NCBI GenBank assembly: GCA_963793425.1
Contig: CAWCAG010000005.1
Coordinates: 992,001-1,056,000, forward strand
Direction of reading: 5' to 3'
Length of the DNA stretch: 64,000 nucleotides
From: an uncultured cyanobacterium
GTDB lineage: Bacteria > Cyanobacteriota > Cyanobacteriia > Cyanobacteriales > CAWCAG01
Position numbers and translations under genes: made by a program. A model generated the notes under the pieces. That model did no database searches. It had not been told where the DNA came from and saw only the letters and a program-made list of their open reading frames with translations. Below are positions 40,237-49,547 of the stretch, piece by piece (position 1 is the first letter of the stretch; every line of letters begins with the position of its first letter).

Positions 40237-42201
40237 GTGGTCAGATTTTTCAACTCGAAGAACTCTTTATCTACTTGGCTAACTGATAAAGTCAAAAATT
40301 CTTGGGACAATTTAGCCGAGCTGAAAATAGTTACCCTTGGTATACTGTTAATCTCCGGTTCCTTATTGGGTTTGCGCTATCTTGGTTACTCTCAAGCCCT
40401 CGAACTACTGGCTTTTGATCAGTTAGTCCGTTGGCAAAAAGATTTGCCCCCCGACCAGCGTATTTTATTAGTAACAATTGCTGAGGAAGATTTACGGCAG
40501 CAAAAAGACTGGCCGATTCCTGATTTAACCTATGCTCAAGTTTTAGAGAATTTACAAGCTTGGGATGCCAAAGTAATTGGCTTAGATATTTATCGCGATT
40601 TGCCTGTAGAAAAAGGTCGCACCGAACTTATTAAGCAACTTCAAGAGCCTAATGTTTTTGCTATTCGCAGTATTGATATTTTCAAAGGAACTCCTGCCCC
40701 TCCAGAGTTACCCCCAGAAAAAGTTGGTTTCAATGATATTCCCGTAGATCCTGATGGAGTGATCAGACGTAACATCATTTTTGCGATTCCTCAAGGAGAA
40801 GAGTTTTTGACTTCTTTCGCTTTACTTCTTGCCTCAGCCTATTTAGAAGACCAAGATATTAAACAAGAAGAAAGTGAAGAGAATCCTGAATATCTGCAAT
40901 TGGGGGAAGCAACCTTCATTCCCCTTACCCCTAATTCTGGTGGTTATCAAAATGTTGATGCGGGAGGCTATCAAGTTTTGTTTGATTACCGTAATCGCCA
41001 TCAAGTTGCCACAGAAGTCTCTTTTGATGATGTTGTCTTAGGAAATATTGACCCAGATTTAGTTAAAGATAAAATCGTGATTATCGGCAGCACTGCCCCT
41101 AGCCTTAAAGATGCTATGCTTACTCCTTATAGTAGAGGTTTGCTTGCTTCTGCCCAAATGCCTGGGGTGATAATTCATGCTCAATCAGTAAGCCAAATTC
41201 TCGATGCAGCCACCGGAGAGCGCCCTTTACGCTGGTTTTGGTCAGAATGGGTAGAAGGACTCTGGATTGTTGCTTGGGTGGCATTAGGAGGCGTTGTCGG
41301 TTGGCTATTGCGTCATCCTCTTTCTTTGACTATTAGTGCTGGGGTTGGCTTAGGAATTTTGCTATCTACGGCTACTGTTGTTTTTTTTCAGGCTGGCTGG
41401 ATACCTTTAGCTTCCCCCGCCATAGGCTTTTTCTTAACTATCGGGGTAGCAGTTACTTATCAATCTTATCAAGACCATCAACAACACCAGATGGTCATGA
41501 AACTTTTGGGACAAAATACTTCTCCTGAAATTGCTAATGCTTTGTGGCAAGGTAGAGATTATCTGTTGAAATCCGGCAAACTACCAGGGAAAAAGCTAAC
41601 TGCAACGACGATGTTTGTTGATATTAAAGGTTTTAGTACCATTTCTGAGAAAATGCCTCCGGAGAATTTACTAAACTGGCTGAATGAATTGCTTGATGTT
41701 ATGACCCGTGAAGTTATTAAACGGGAAGGGGCTATCAATAAGTTTACTGGAGATGGGTTGATGGCAGTGTTTGGTGTTCCTTTGTCTCATTTCCACACTG
41801 AAGAAATCCAAACAGATGCCCAACACTGTGTTAATTGTGCCTTGGCTATTAGCGATCGCTTAGAAGAAATGAATGCTAATTGGTTGAGGCGAGGTTTACC
41901 AGTAATTCAAATTCGCATTGGTATTTTTACTGGGGCTGTAGTGGTGGGTAGTTTGGGGGGGAAAGACCGTTTAGAATATGGTGTAATTGGCGATAGTGTC
42001 AATATTGCGGCACGTTTAGAAGGTTGTGAAAAAGATCGTCAGCCTAGTAATTGTCGTATTTTAATCGCGAAGGAAACTTTAGTTCATCTTAAAGAAAAGG
42101 TGGAAGTGGAAGCATGGGGGCTTATAGCTTTGAAGGGTAAGGAACAAATGGTTGATGTTTATAGAGTGACAGGTCGTCTTTTACCAAAGAGTAGAAATTA
42201 A
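40237..42201 (+). CDS. CHASE2-domain class III nucleotide cyclase
   Basis: KVIGLDIYRD, DPDGVIRR, MPGVIIHA, three TM helices, FVDIKGFS, NKFTGDG, GDSVNIAARLE. Confidence 0.92.
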   Translation: MVRFFNSKNSLSTWLTDKVKNSWDNLAELKIVTLGILLISGSLLGLRYLGYSQALELLAFDQLVRWQKDLPPDQRILLVTIAEEDLRQQKDWPIPDLTYAQVLENLQAWDAKVIGLDIYRDLPVEKGRTELIKQLQEPNVFAIRSIDIFKGTPAPPELPPEKVGFNDIPVDPDGVIRRNIIFAIPQGEEFLTSFALLLASAYLEDQDIKQEESEENPEYLQLGEATFIPLTPNSGGYQNVDAGGYQVLFDYRNRHQVATEVSFDDVVLGNIDPDLVKDKIVIIGSTAPSLKDAMLTPYSRGLLASAQMPGVIIHAQSVSQILDAATGERPLRWFWSEWVEGLWIVAWVALGGVVGWLLRHPLSLTISAGVGLGILLSTATVVFFQAGWIPLASPAIGFFLTIGVAVTYQSYQDHQQHQMVMKLLGQNTSPEIANALWQGRDYLLKSGKLPGKKLTATTMFVDIKGFSTISEKMPPENLLNWLNELLDVMTREVIKREGAINKFTGDGLMAVFGVPLSHFHTEEIQTDAQHCVNCALAISDRLEEMNANWLRRGLPVIQIRIGIFTGAVVVGSLGGKDRLEYGVIGDSVNIAARLEGCEKDRQPSNCRILIAKETLVHLKEKVEVEAWGLIALKGKEQMVDVYRVTGRLLPKSRN

Positions 42202-42224
42202 ATTTCGTAGAAATTATTTAAAAA

Positions 42225-42674
42225 TTAATCTTCATTTTCAGGCAAAAAGTCAGCTTTCCAAACCTCTTCTGGACTAAAAGGACATTCTAAGGGAAAAATG
42301 TTTAAATTAATTCCTGTTTCCTTTGCTGCCCTATCACGAGCTTTCTGATAACATTGCTCAAAAGCCTCTGGTAGAAATTTCTTCAAACTAGGGCTATCTT
42401 CCAACAGTTCCTCTAAACAGATGCGCTGTTCGCTTATAGTGTTGCGCCAGCTATTACTCCTTTTACCAGGTTGATACATCCACTTTAGTAAGTGCATCAA
42501 TAGTATAATCAAGCGGCTTTTCAATTCCCGCTTTTCACTCCTACCCATACTTTCTACTTCTTCAATCAAGTTAACTAAATCTACCTCTGCAAGTTTCCTC
42601 TCCTGTAACTGTTGGGCAGTTACTTCAGTCCAGAGGTAAAAGTCTTGGTTATAAAGATTTTGGCTTGTTGTCAT
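42225..42674 (-). CDS. DUF29 family protein
   Basis: LYNQDFYLW, NLIEEVESMGRSEK, HLLKW, SPSLK. Confidence 0.92.
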   Translation of the reverse strand: MTTSQNLYNQDFYLWTEVTAQQLQERKLAEVDLVNLIEEVESMGRSEKRELKSRLIILLMHLLKWMYQPGKRSNSWRNTISEQRICLEELLEDSPSLKKFLPEAFEQCYQKARDRAAKETGINLNIFPLECPFSPEEVWKADFLPENED

Positions 42675-42690
42675 ACTAGATAGGTGTTTA

Positions 42691-42790
42691 CTAGCACAGG
42701 TTATTGGTGAGGGTAGGGAGCAGGGAGCAAGGTTTGGAGAACTTTATCCGGTCGATTTTATAGTGGGCTTATCATAACCGGATTTGGTAT
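42691..42790. repeat. About 100-bp MITE-like element with TA at both ends
   Basis: Left end TAGCACAGGTTAT shared with 35619; right end TAACCGGATTTGGTAT shared, inverted, with 46908. Confidence 0.7.
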
Positions 42791-42819
42791 TATAACTGAT
42801 TTCCATTAAATTTATTAGA

Positions 42820-43461
42820 CTATAAAGTGCTTTTCAAAATGTAAACCAACACTGTACAAAATTCCTCATATTGCTCATTATCATCCGATTTTTCATAACC
42901 CTCAATTAACTTTTGTTTTTCTTCCTCAGTCAGGTCATCAATTACATCCAAGATACTCTCAATTGCTTGAGAGCGCATACTTTGCAATAAATCAATGTTG
43001 AGTCCAAGCTTATCAATAGTTGTGGCGGCAGCAACTTGTTTATTTAATTCTTTGCTGGGAAGCATTTGCCCGTCATCTGTGTAGATAAAAAAGTCACCAC
43101 AGTTTTTACTTAAAGGAGAAATCATGAGATTTTCATCATACCAATCTCCTTTTTTGACTCCACAATGCTGAGGTTCTTTAGGTGCTGTTTCTTTCTTACA
43201 TGAAGCCAGCATATTATTATAATTCAGAGCTAGATTAGGATATAACTTTCTAGGTTTGAGGTGTTCAATATGACTCGTATTCTTCCCTATCTGTCTACCA
43301 CAATAGCAACAGATATAACCCTGTTCCTTTAGCAAAAATTCGTGAACAAGAGGCTTTTCTTTCTTTTGCAAGTTATTCCAACTAGGTTGCCAATTCTCAT
43401 CTGCTAACTCTTTCCACTGAGCAAATTCTTCAGGTTCATTGCCTTTATTAATAAATTTCAT
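42820..43461 (-). CDS. HNH endonuclease, PtuB/TIGR02646-like
   Basis: EQGYICCYCG, SHIEHLKP, NMLASC, HCGVKKG; ATGA-coupled to the ATPase. Confidence 0.85.
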   Translation of the reverse strand: MKFINKGNEPEEFAQWKELADENWQPSWNNLQKKEKPLVHEFLLKEQGYICCYCGRQIGKNTSHIEHLKPRKLYPNLALNYNNMLASCKKETAPKEPQHCGVKKGDWYDENLMISPLSKNCGDFFIYTDDGQMLPSKELNKQVAAATTIDKLGLNIDLLQSMRSQAIESILDVIDDLTEEEKQKLIEGYEKSDDNEQYEEFCTVLVYILKSTL

Positions 43462-44762
43462 TTACCAAGAATTTCTTTCCGTTTAATAGAAGCTTTTGCT
43501 TTAACTAATTCGGGTTCGGATGAACCAATTTTAATTGCAAGTTCTTGACTTAATTGCCTGGCTTCATCAAGATTTCCTTGAGCAATAACTTTAAATAATT
43601 CCGATAAACTATCCTTAATCTCTTGAGGACGTGCAGGAACTTTCATTAAGTCTTCAAGAATGCGATTACTATCTCTACCAAAAGAACTTTCTGGACGTTT
43701 AGCTACAATTCCTTCAGATGTGGATTCAAGTATATAAATATTCTCAGGTTGAATATTACTAACTACCTGTGGCGAATGGGTAGTGAAAATAAACTGACAA
43801 TTAGGAAAAGTTTGAGTCAAAGTAGAAACTATTTTGCGTTGCCATAAAGGGTGAAGATGTAACTCAATTTCATCAATCAGAACAACACCAATACCTTGCA
43901 GTGGATCAGGCAAACTAGGGTTGGCGATCGCTAATCTTCTCGCCAAGTCTCCAATCATTGCTAACAAGCATTTTTCACCGTCAGATAGTTGATTGATCGT
44001 TATTTCTTGTCCTGCTTTATTAACAGTCATACGCAAAGGAGAACGCCTTACTCGCAAGTTACTAAATTCAGGAATAAGACCAGAAATAGCTTTTCTAACT
44101 GCTTCTAGCTGTTTATCTCGATAATCAGGGTTATCTCTTCTTTCTTCATTTTCTAAGTCTTCTATTGCCCTAAACCATCTAAAGAAACTATCAAAACCAA
44201 TTTGTACACCATCAAGTGCTTTTTCATAAGCATCTATTTGTTGAAATGAATTGTCAGGAATTTCTAGAGGAGTATTGAAAACTGCACGATTAACAGGATA
44301 GTAGATAGTCAAAGGTAGATTTAATTCTGGATGAGTTTCTAACTGATTTCGTATCTCCTTAGTAATTTTTTCTAACTCGTCAAGATAAACACTAACAACT
44401 GGAGGACTCTTTTTCTTATCTATACTAACTATCCAATCTACCTCCTGGGAATTTAATAAGGTTGTTATGTTTATTTGAGCTTTATTTTTTTTCCTTTCGA
44501 TATCTTCTAGTTTTATGGGCTTGCCGTTAGCAAGTTTACTTTCTCTTACAAAGTCTCCGTTTCGTATAATCGTAGTTCTGCTCTCTGGATCGAATTGGAT
44601 CTGCTTTACAAACCAAGATAAAAGTATAGCCAGACAATCAAGTATGCTGGATTTACCAACTCCATTAATACCAATAATTACAGTTGGTTTATCAGTATTA
44701 AACTCTAAAGTTAAATCACTAATGCCGCGAAAAGAATTAATTTTAAGGGACTTAACTTTCAT
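43458..44762 (-). CDS. ABC-type AAA ATPase, PtuA-like
   Basis: GINGVGKS, QLSDGEK, VLIDEIELHLHP, TTHSPQ. Confidence 0.88.
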   Translation of the reverse strand: MKVKSLKINSFRGISDLTLEFNTDKPTVIIGINGVGKSSILDCLAILLSWFVKQIQFDPESRTTIIRNGDFVRESKLANGKPIKLEDIERKKNKAQINITTLLNSQEVDWIVSIDKKKSPPVVSVYLDELEKITKEIRNQLETHPELNLPLTIYYPVNRAVFNTPLEIPDNSFQQIDAYEKALDGVQIGFDSFFRWFRAIEDLENEERRDNPDYRDKQLEAVRKAISGLIPEFSNLRVRRSPLRMTVNKAGQEITINQLSDGEKCLLAMIGDLARRLAIANPSLPDPLQGIGVVLIDEIELHLHPLWQRKIVSTLTQTFPNCQFIFTTHSPQVVSNIQPENIYILESTSEGIVAKRPESSFGRDSNRILEDLMKVPARPQEIKDSLSELFKVIAQGNLDEARQLSQELAIKIGSSEPELVKAKASIKRKEILGK

Positions 44763-44864
44763 AACTTAAATTTCCCCCTATATTCAAAAATATTATCTTC
44801 CCTAGCTTATTAAAGTAAGCCCTAACTTTAGTAGTCATTGTTTACAATAAAATTAAAAAGTATC

Positions 44865-45345
44865 GGTTCTACCGAACATAGGATGTAAGATTAGTAGTTG
44901 AAGTGCCAAGTCAAAATGCTCCTCAGAGAGAAGTTTTCAAAGTTCCTGAATCCGTAACCTCTCCTTTTAATCAACTTCAACTTGTTGTTAATTCCTTCCA
45001 CTACTCCTTGAGTTGTACGGGAGTCAAAGTAGGCTATAATCTCTCCCATCCAACGCCTTATTGTTCCACAGCTTTTTGGGAAATACGAGTAAGCTTCTCT
45101 ATGCACTGATAATGTTTAACAGTAACTCCTTCTAATTGAAGTAAGTTTGTCATGAGGTTTAATTGAGGATTTGATGGCATTGGTATAAATTAGGTCTAAA
45201 TAGTAGTTTTGTTCTCACTACTGTTTAATCTTTGAAAGAGCTATAATGCAAGCTGGATAAACTTTATAGACATAAAACTATATATTTAAAGCCTGAGTAT
45301 CTATTTTCTTGTTTTGTGCTTTCACATTGCAAGTTCGGTAGAACC
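44865..45345 (-). mobile_element. Internally deleted ISL3-family element (481 bp)
   Basis: Terminal inverted repeats GGTTCTACCGAAC/GTTCGGTAGAACC; 8-bp target duplication AAAGTATC (44857-44864, 45346-45353); transposase N-terminal stub from 45180 fused to the C-terminus VEGINNKLKLIKRRGYGFRNF. Confidence 0.92.
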
Positions 45346-45377
45346 AAAGTATCTTTAACATTGAGGAGGACAAACTA

Positions 45378-45516
45378 ATGCGATTAGAAGACTATTTCAA
45401 CTTTCTTGCTCCTGATGATATTCGCATCAAAGGTCATCGCAGTTGATCCTGCCTATTCAGAACAAATTCGACGAAAACGATTCAAGTATAGAATTATTCA
45501 CCTGCCACTCACTTAA
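45378..45516 (+). pseudogene. Collapsed DUF433 / PIN-like toxin-antitoxin remnant
   Basis: GAGGAGG then MRLEDYFNFLAPDDIRIKGHRS* (DUF433-like start); after about 30 nt, ..YRIIHLPLT*, resembling the partner toxin's C-terminus. Confidence 0.6.
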
Positions 45517-45535
45517 GTTCTTTAATCTCAAGAAA

Positions 45536-46909
45536 CTAAGCACTAACAAAAGACTTGTTTGTTAACCAACTTTCTCGCTGATCAATAGCTGCTAAAGCGC
45601 GATCGCGATATGCCCCATAACGCTCTTTTTTATTACGAATACGCTTTTCTAAAGTAGGAATAATCCCAAAATTGGGGGGCATAGGTTGGAAATGTTTAGG
45701 AGATGCAGAACTAATAAATTCAAAAAGGGAACCCATCATCGTCGTTTTTGGTACAACTACAGGCTCTAATCCTAAAACTAACCTTGCTGCATTTGTTCCC
45801 GCCAGCCAACCCCCTGCTGCTGCTGCGGTATAGCCTTCTGTTCCGACCAATTGTCCGGCGGCTAGTAGGGTGGGGCGAGTTTTGAATTGGAGGCTAGGAT
45901 GCAGTAATTGGGGGGCGTTGATAAAGGTATTACGGTGCATTACACCCATACGAACAAATTCTGCCTCTTCTAAACCAGGAATAGTTCGGAAAACACGTTT
46001 CTGTTCCCCCCAACGTAAGTTAGTTTGGAAACCAACTAAGTTCCATAACTGTCCTTGTTTGTCTTCCTGACGCAACTGTACCACCGCATAAGGACGTTTA
46101 TCTTTATGTTCGCGAAAATCTCCTAAACGGGCATCAAATAAGCCTACGGGTTTGAGGGGGCCGTAGCGCATGGTATCTTCCCCTCGCTTAGCCAATTCTT
46201 CGATAGGTAGACACCCTTCAAAAAAGGTAGCACTTTCCCGCTCAAAATCCTTAACCTCTGCTTGTTGTGCCTCGCAAAGGGCTTGGCGAAACTGGAGATA
46301 CTGTTCCGGATTAAAAGGACAATTGAGATAAGCTGCTTCTCCTTTGTCGTATCGCGAAGCCAGAAAAGTAATTTCTCTGTTAATAGAATCCCCCACCACG
46401 ATAGGGCTAGCAGCATCAAAAAAGCTAAAATACTCCATGCCCGTAAATTGAAGTAAGTCTTCGGTTAAAGCTTCACTAGTTAGAGGTCCTGTGGTCAAAA
46501 CAGTAACTCCTTGAGTGGGTATATTTTTAACCTCTCCCCGGCGTAACTCAATTAAAGGATGGGAACTAAGAGTTTGGGTTAATTCACTACTAAAAACCCC
46601 CCGATCCACCGCTAAAGCTCCCCCGGCTGGTACATAATGTTCATCGGCTTTAGCAATAATAATTGAACCCAAACGCCGTAACTCTTCATGTAATAAACCG
46701 GCGGCGCGATCGCTGCTTTTTGCACCAAAGGAGTTACTACAAACTAACTCAGCAAGTTCTTTGCTATGATGAGCGGGGCTAGTTTGCACAGGACGCATTT
46801 CGTGAAGAATCACTGGCACTCCTGCTTTGGCAATTTGCCAAGCTGCTTCAGTCCCAGCTAATCCGCCCCCAATTACTTGAATTGGTTGACCATTAAAAAA
46901 TTCTTTCAT
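45536..46909 (-). CDS. trmFO: tRNA (uracil-5)-methyltransferase TrmFO
   Basis: [40 protein letters not shown]. Confidence 0.96.
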   Translation of the reverse strand: MKEFFNGQPIQVIGGGLAGTEAAWQIAKAGVPVILHEMRPVQTSPAHHSKELAELVCSNSFGAKSSDRAAGLLHEELRRLGSIIIAKADEHYVPAGGALAVDRGVFSSELTQTLSSHPLIELRRGEVKNIPTQGVTVLTTGPLTSEALTEDLLQFTGMEYFSFFDAASPIVVGDSINREITFLASRYDKGEAAYLNCPFNPEQYLQFRQALCEAQQAEVKDFERESATFFEGCLPIEELAKRGEDTMRYGPLKPVGLFDARLGDFREHKDKRPYAVVQLRQEDKQGQLWNLVGFQTNLRWGEQKRVFRTIPGLEEAEFVRMGVMHRNTFINAPQLLHPSLQFKTRPTLLAAGQLVGTEGYTAAAAGGWLAGTNAARLVLGLEPVVVPKTTMMGSLFEFISSASPKHFQPMPPNFGIIPTLEKRIRNKKERYGAYRDRALAAIDQRESWLTNKSFVSA

Positions 46910-46985
46910 ACCAAATCCGGTTACTCAAGTACCGTTATCAAATCGACCGAATAAAGTTTACGGTACTCCTGTTCCCTACTCCCTA
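46908..46985. repeat. Diverged inverted copy of the 42691-42790 element
   Basis: ATACCAAATCCGGTTA identical; AAATCGACCG.ATAAAGTT also shared. Confidence 0.75.
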
Positions 46986-47102
46986 ATTAATTTGGGTAAA
47001 CTCCCCTATCATACATCGGGTGCTTTTCCCCTAGCCAAATGTAACCAAACTTCGCGACACTAAAGATAGAATCTACAAACACTTCAAGCAAAGGGGCAAT
47101 TT

Positions 47103-47492
47103 ATGGATTACCTCTACTTCTTAGCAAATGCCAGCCTGACCGTCAGAATAGCCGAGTACTTACGTCAAGCAACTCATATTTCCGTCGGTTTCATCACCGT
47201 GGTTCACCAAATTGATGGCTGGGTCATCAAAATTAAACTCAATGAACCTCTTTCACCTTACCAAGACAAAAACTTCCAAGCTTATCTTAATGAATTAGGC
47301 ATTCCCTATCACCCAGAGATTCGCCTACAAATGGTACTTTGGAGCCTAGAGACTGGACAATCTCCGGTAGAAGTTATGCGTCGCTATCAGGTAGCTGTGG
47401 TTTCCCACGGCAGACCAGATAGAACTGATATTGAAGCTTTTCGCCAGCAGTTTACCAAAGGTTTAGGCTATTGTCCAGAGACTTTAGCGTGA
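47103..47492 (+). CDS. Hypothetical protein
   Basis: 129 aa, ATG preceded by AAGGGG. Confidence 0.75.
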   Translation: MDYLYFLANASLTVRIAEYLRQATHISVGFITVVHQIDGWVIKIKLNEPLSPYQDKNFQAYLNELGIPYHPEIRLQMVLWSLETGQSPVEVMRRYQVAVVSHGRPDRTDIEAFRQQFTKGLGYCPETLA

Positions 47493-47493
47493 A

Positions 47494-47949
47494 TTAACTT
47501 AAATCGCCAAAAGCATCATGAATATATTGAATTAAGGTCAATTGGTATCCCTCTAGGGATATTGGTTGGCCTAATTCCACTTCTTGTTTGCTAAAACTCT
47601 CAACTGCCGAGTTAGTAAGTTTTTTACTTCTTACCAAAGCCAAATCGAACCGACACCGAAGCTGAGTTAAATGAGGATTTTGGGAGATAAATAATTCCGC
47701 TGTTTGCCAAAGCTTAGCTTGTTTTTTAGTTGTTATGGCTAAAACACCATCTCGATCCCAGTTACCAACACTGCGGGTTTTCACTTCAATGAAGACAAGG
47801 TAATCTAGTTTTGGCGTTTGGGCAATAATATCAATCTCTCCCCAGCGACAGCGCCAGCGTTGGTGCAAAACGGCCCATTTTTGGGAAGTTAACCATTGAG
47901 CAACAATTTCTTCTCCTAATTCCCCCAACTTACTGGTATTCTTCATCAT
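47494..47949 (-). CDS. yraN: YraN family protein
   Basis: GELGE, WGEIDII, FIEVKTR, CRFD. Confidence 0.9.
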   Translation of the reverse strand: MMKNTSKLGELGEEIVAQWLTSQKWAVLHQRWRCRWGEIDIIAQTPKLDYLVFIEVKTRSVGNWDRDGVLAITTKKQAKLWQTAELFISQNPHLTQLRCRFDLALVRSKKLTNSAVESFSKQEVELGQPISLEGYQLTLIQYIHDAFGDLS

Positions 47950-48075
47950 GATTTATGGGTTGGGAACTGGCAAAACAACTCTACTCAAATGCACTTTAAT
48001 TATTTTTTTATGCCCTAGGTAATTATCAAATTTTTCTCTGATACCAGTTCCCTATTAGGGACTTAACTTTTTGGC

Positions 48076-48723
48076 TTAAGCCATATTACTTTCAATCGCC
48101 CATCGTGCTAATTCAGTACGATTGTGAAGGCTGGTTTTGTTGAGCATATTGGAAACGTGACTTTCAATGGTTCGCTGACTAACATTAAGATGTTCAGCAA
48201 TTTCTCGATTAGCCATTCCCTGGGCTACTAATTGAACTACTTTAAGCTCAGTAGGAGTCAACTCCACATTATCAGGAACTTGAATTCTTTGAATATTTTC
48301 TACACCGCCAGGAGTACGGCGAATGAGACGATTGGCTGAACGGAGGGAAGACTCTACTTGAGCAACTAATTCTTCTGGTTCAAAGGGTTTCACCATATAG
48401 ACATCAGCGCCAGTATTTAGACCTTTCACCCGATCTTGACTTTGACCTTTAGCAGAAAGAAATAGTACTGGAATCCAATTGGTACGAGCATCTTTTCTAA
48501 CGTGATCTACTAGGGCATAGCCATCCATTTCTGGCATCATGACATCACAAATAATCATGTCAGGAATTTTCTGTTCTAAAATATCAAGTGCTTCTCTGCC
48601 ATTTTCAGCAGTTATGACTTGATAGCCTCGAAACTCCAAATAATCTTTGACTAGCAAGATTAAGTTGGGGTCATCGTCGATTAGTAAGAGTTTTTTGCTG
48701 TCTTTTGAACCGTTTTCTCTCAT
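48076..48723 (-). CDS. NarL/LuxR response regulator (Rre1/Ycf29-like)
   Basis: LLIDDD, CDVMMP, KPF, LTPTELKV...RTIESHVSNML; ATG at 48723 preferred. Confidence 0.9.
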   Translation of the reverse strand: MRENGSKDSKKLLLIDDDPNLILLVKDYLEFRGYQVITAENGREALDILEQKIPDMIICDVMMPEMDGYALVDHVRKDARTNWIPVLFLSAKGQSQDRVKGLNTGADVYMVKPFEPEELVAQVESSLRSANRLIRRTPGGVENIQRIQVPDNVELTPTELKVVQLVAQGMANREIAEHLNVSQRTIESHVSNMLNKTSLHNRTELARWAIESNMA

Positions 48724-49010
48724 TTCGTGACACTCTGTATGCCAGGTTTGGCAGTTGTTTATTTTTGCATAATCACAAGCAAACACCCATTATAGCTGTC
48801 ATGCTTTATGGGTGATGGATTGCGGATAGGATTTTTCCTATCTAACTATAGAGTTTAAAGTAAATAGCTACATTCGCTAGGGGGTGATGCAAACTGAGCA
48901 ACAGTAGTTTGTTGGTTTTCATTATTTTGCAGTAAGGGCAAGGACTGTAATCAGGCTAATGAGGAACAGACTATTCCCTAAATCCACCTTGAGCTAGTGA
49001 TCACTATTAG

Positions 49011-49466
49011 CTAAATGTTACGTTTTTTAGCGATATTTTCAAGAGGATGGGAACAGAAGGCATATTCTTCAACAATGGCATTACCCAAGATATGCTCTTG
49101 GAGGATTCTCTCGATAGTTTTTGGGGTCGCATTACGATACCAAACTCCATCGGGATAAACTAAGAGAATTGGCCCTGCTGTACATACTCGCAAGCAATTA
49201 GCTTTAGTGCGAAAAATACAACGGTCACTTATTTCAGTAGGTTGCTCAAGTCCTAACTCTCTCAGTCTTTTTTTGAGATAATTCCAAGCTTCTAAGCTAG
49301 TTTTTTTCGGACAGCATTTAGGCTTAGTTTGGTCAGCACAGAGGAAGATATGCCGCTCAATTTTATTGAGTCCTAACTCTTCTATTTCTTGCTCTAAAGA
49401 ACTATGTTCAGAAGCAAGAGGTGAGAGTTTTTCAGACTCAGACGGCTCTGTAGATATTTCGTTCAC
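49011..49466 (-). CDS. Thioredoxin-like [2Fe-2S] ferredoxin
   Basis: HIFLC...KCC, CLRVCTAGP, VYPDGVWY. Confidence 0.88.
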   Translation of the reverse strand: MNEISTEPSESEKLSPLASEHSSLEQEIEELGLNKIERHIFLCADQTKPKCCPKKTSLEAWNYLKKRLRELGLEQPTEISDRCIFRTKANCLRVCTAGPILLVYPDGVWYRNATPKTIERILQEHILGNAIVEEYAFCSHPLENIAKKRNI

Positions 49467-49503
49467 AATATTAGGTTACGGATTTGTTTGCTCATCAGGC
49501 TAT

Positions 49504-49544
49504 TAGCAACTAGCAACTAGCCACTAACAACTAGCCACTAACAA
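49504..49544. repeat. Heptamer tandem repeat (TAGCAAC/TAGCCAC/TAACAAC)
   Basis: Directly visible. Confidence 0.8.
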
Positions 49545-49547
49545 TTT

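Noticed and set aside
44762..44864. Retron msr-msd upstream of the PtuA-like gene
   Set aside because: Short AT-rich spacer with no a1/a2 inverted repeats, and no RT
46962..46975. Match to the cyanobacterial LexA box (GGTACTCCTGTTCC)
   Set aside because: Lies inside a diverged repeat element and the flanking genes are not SOS-like; likely chance
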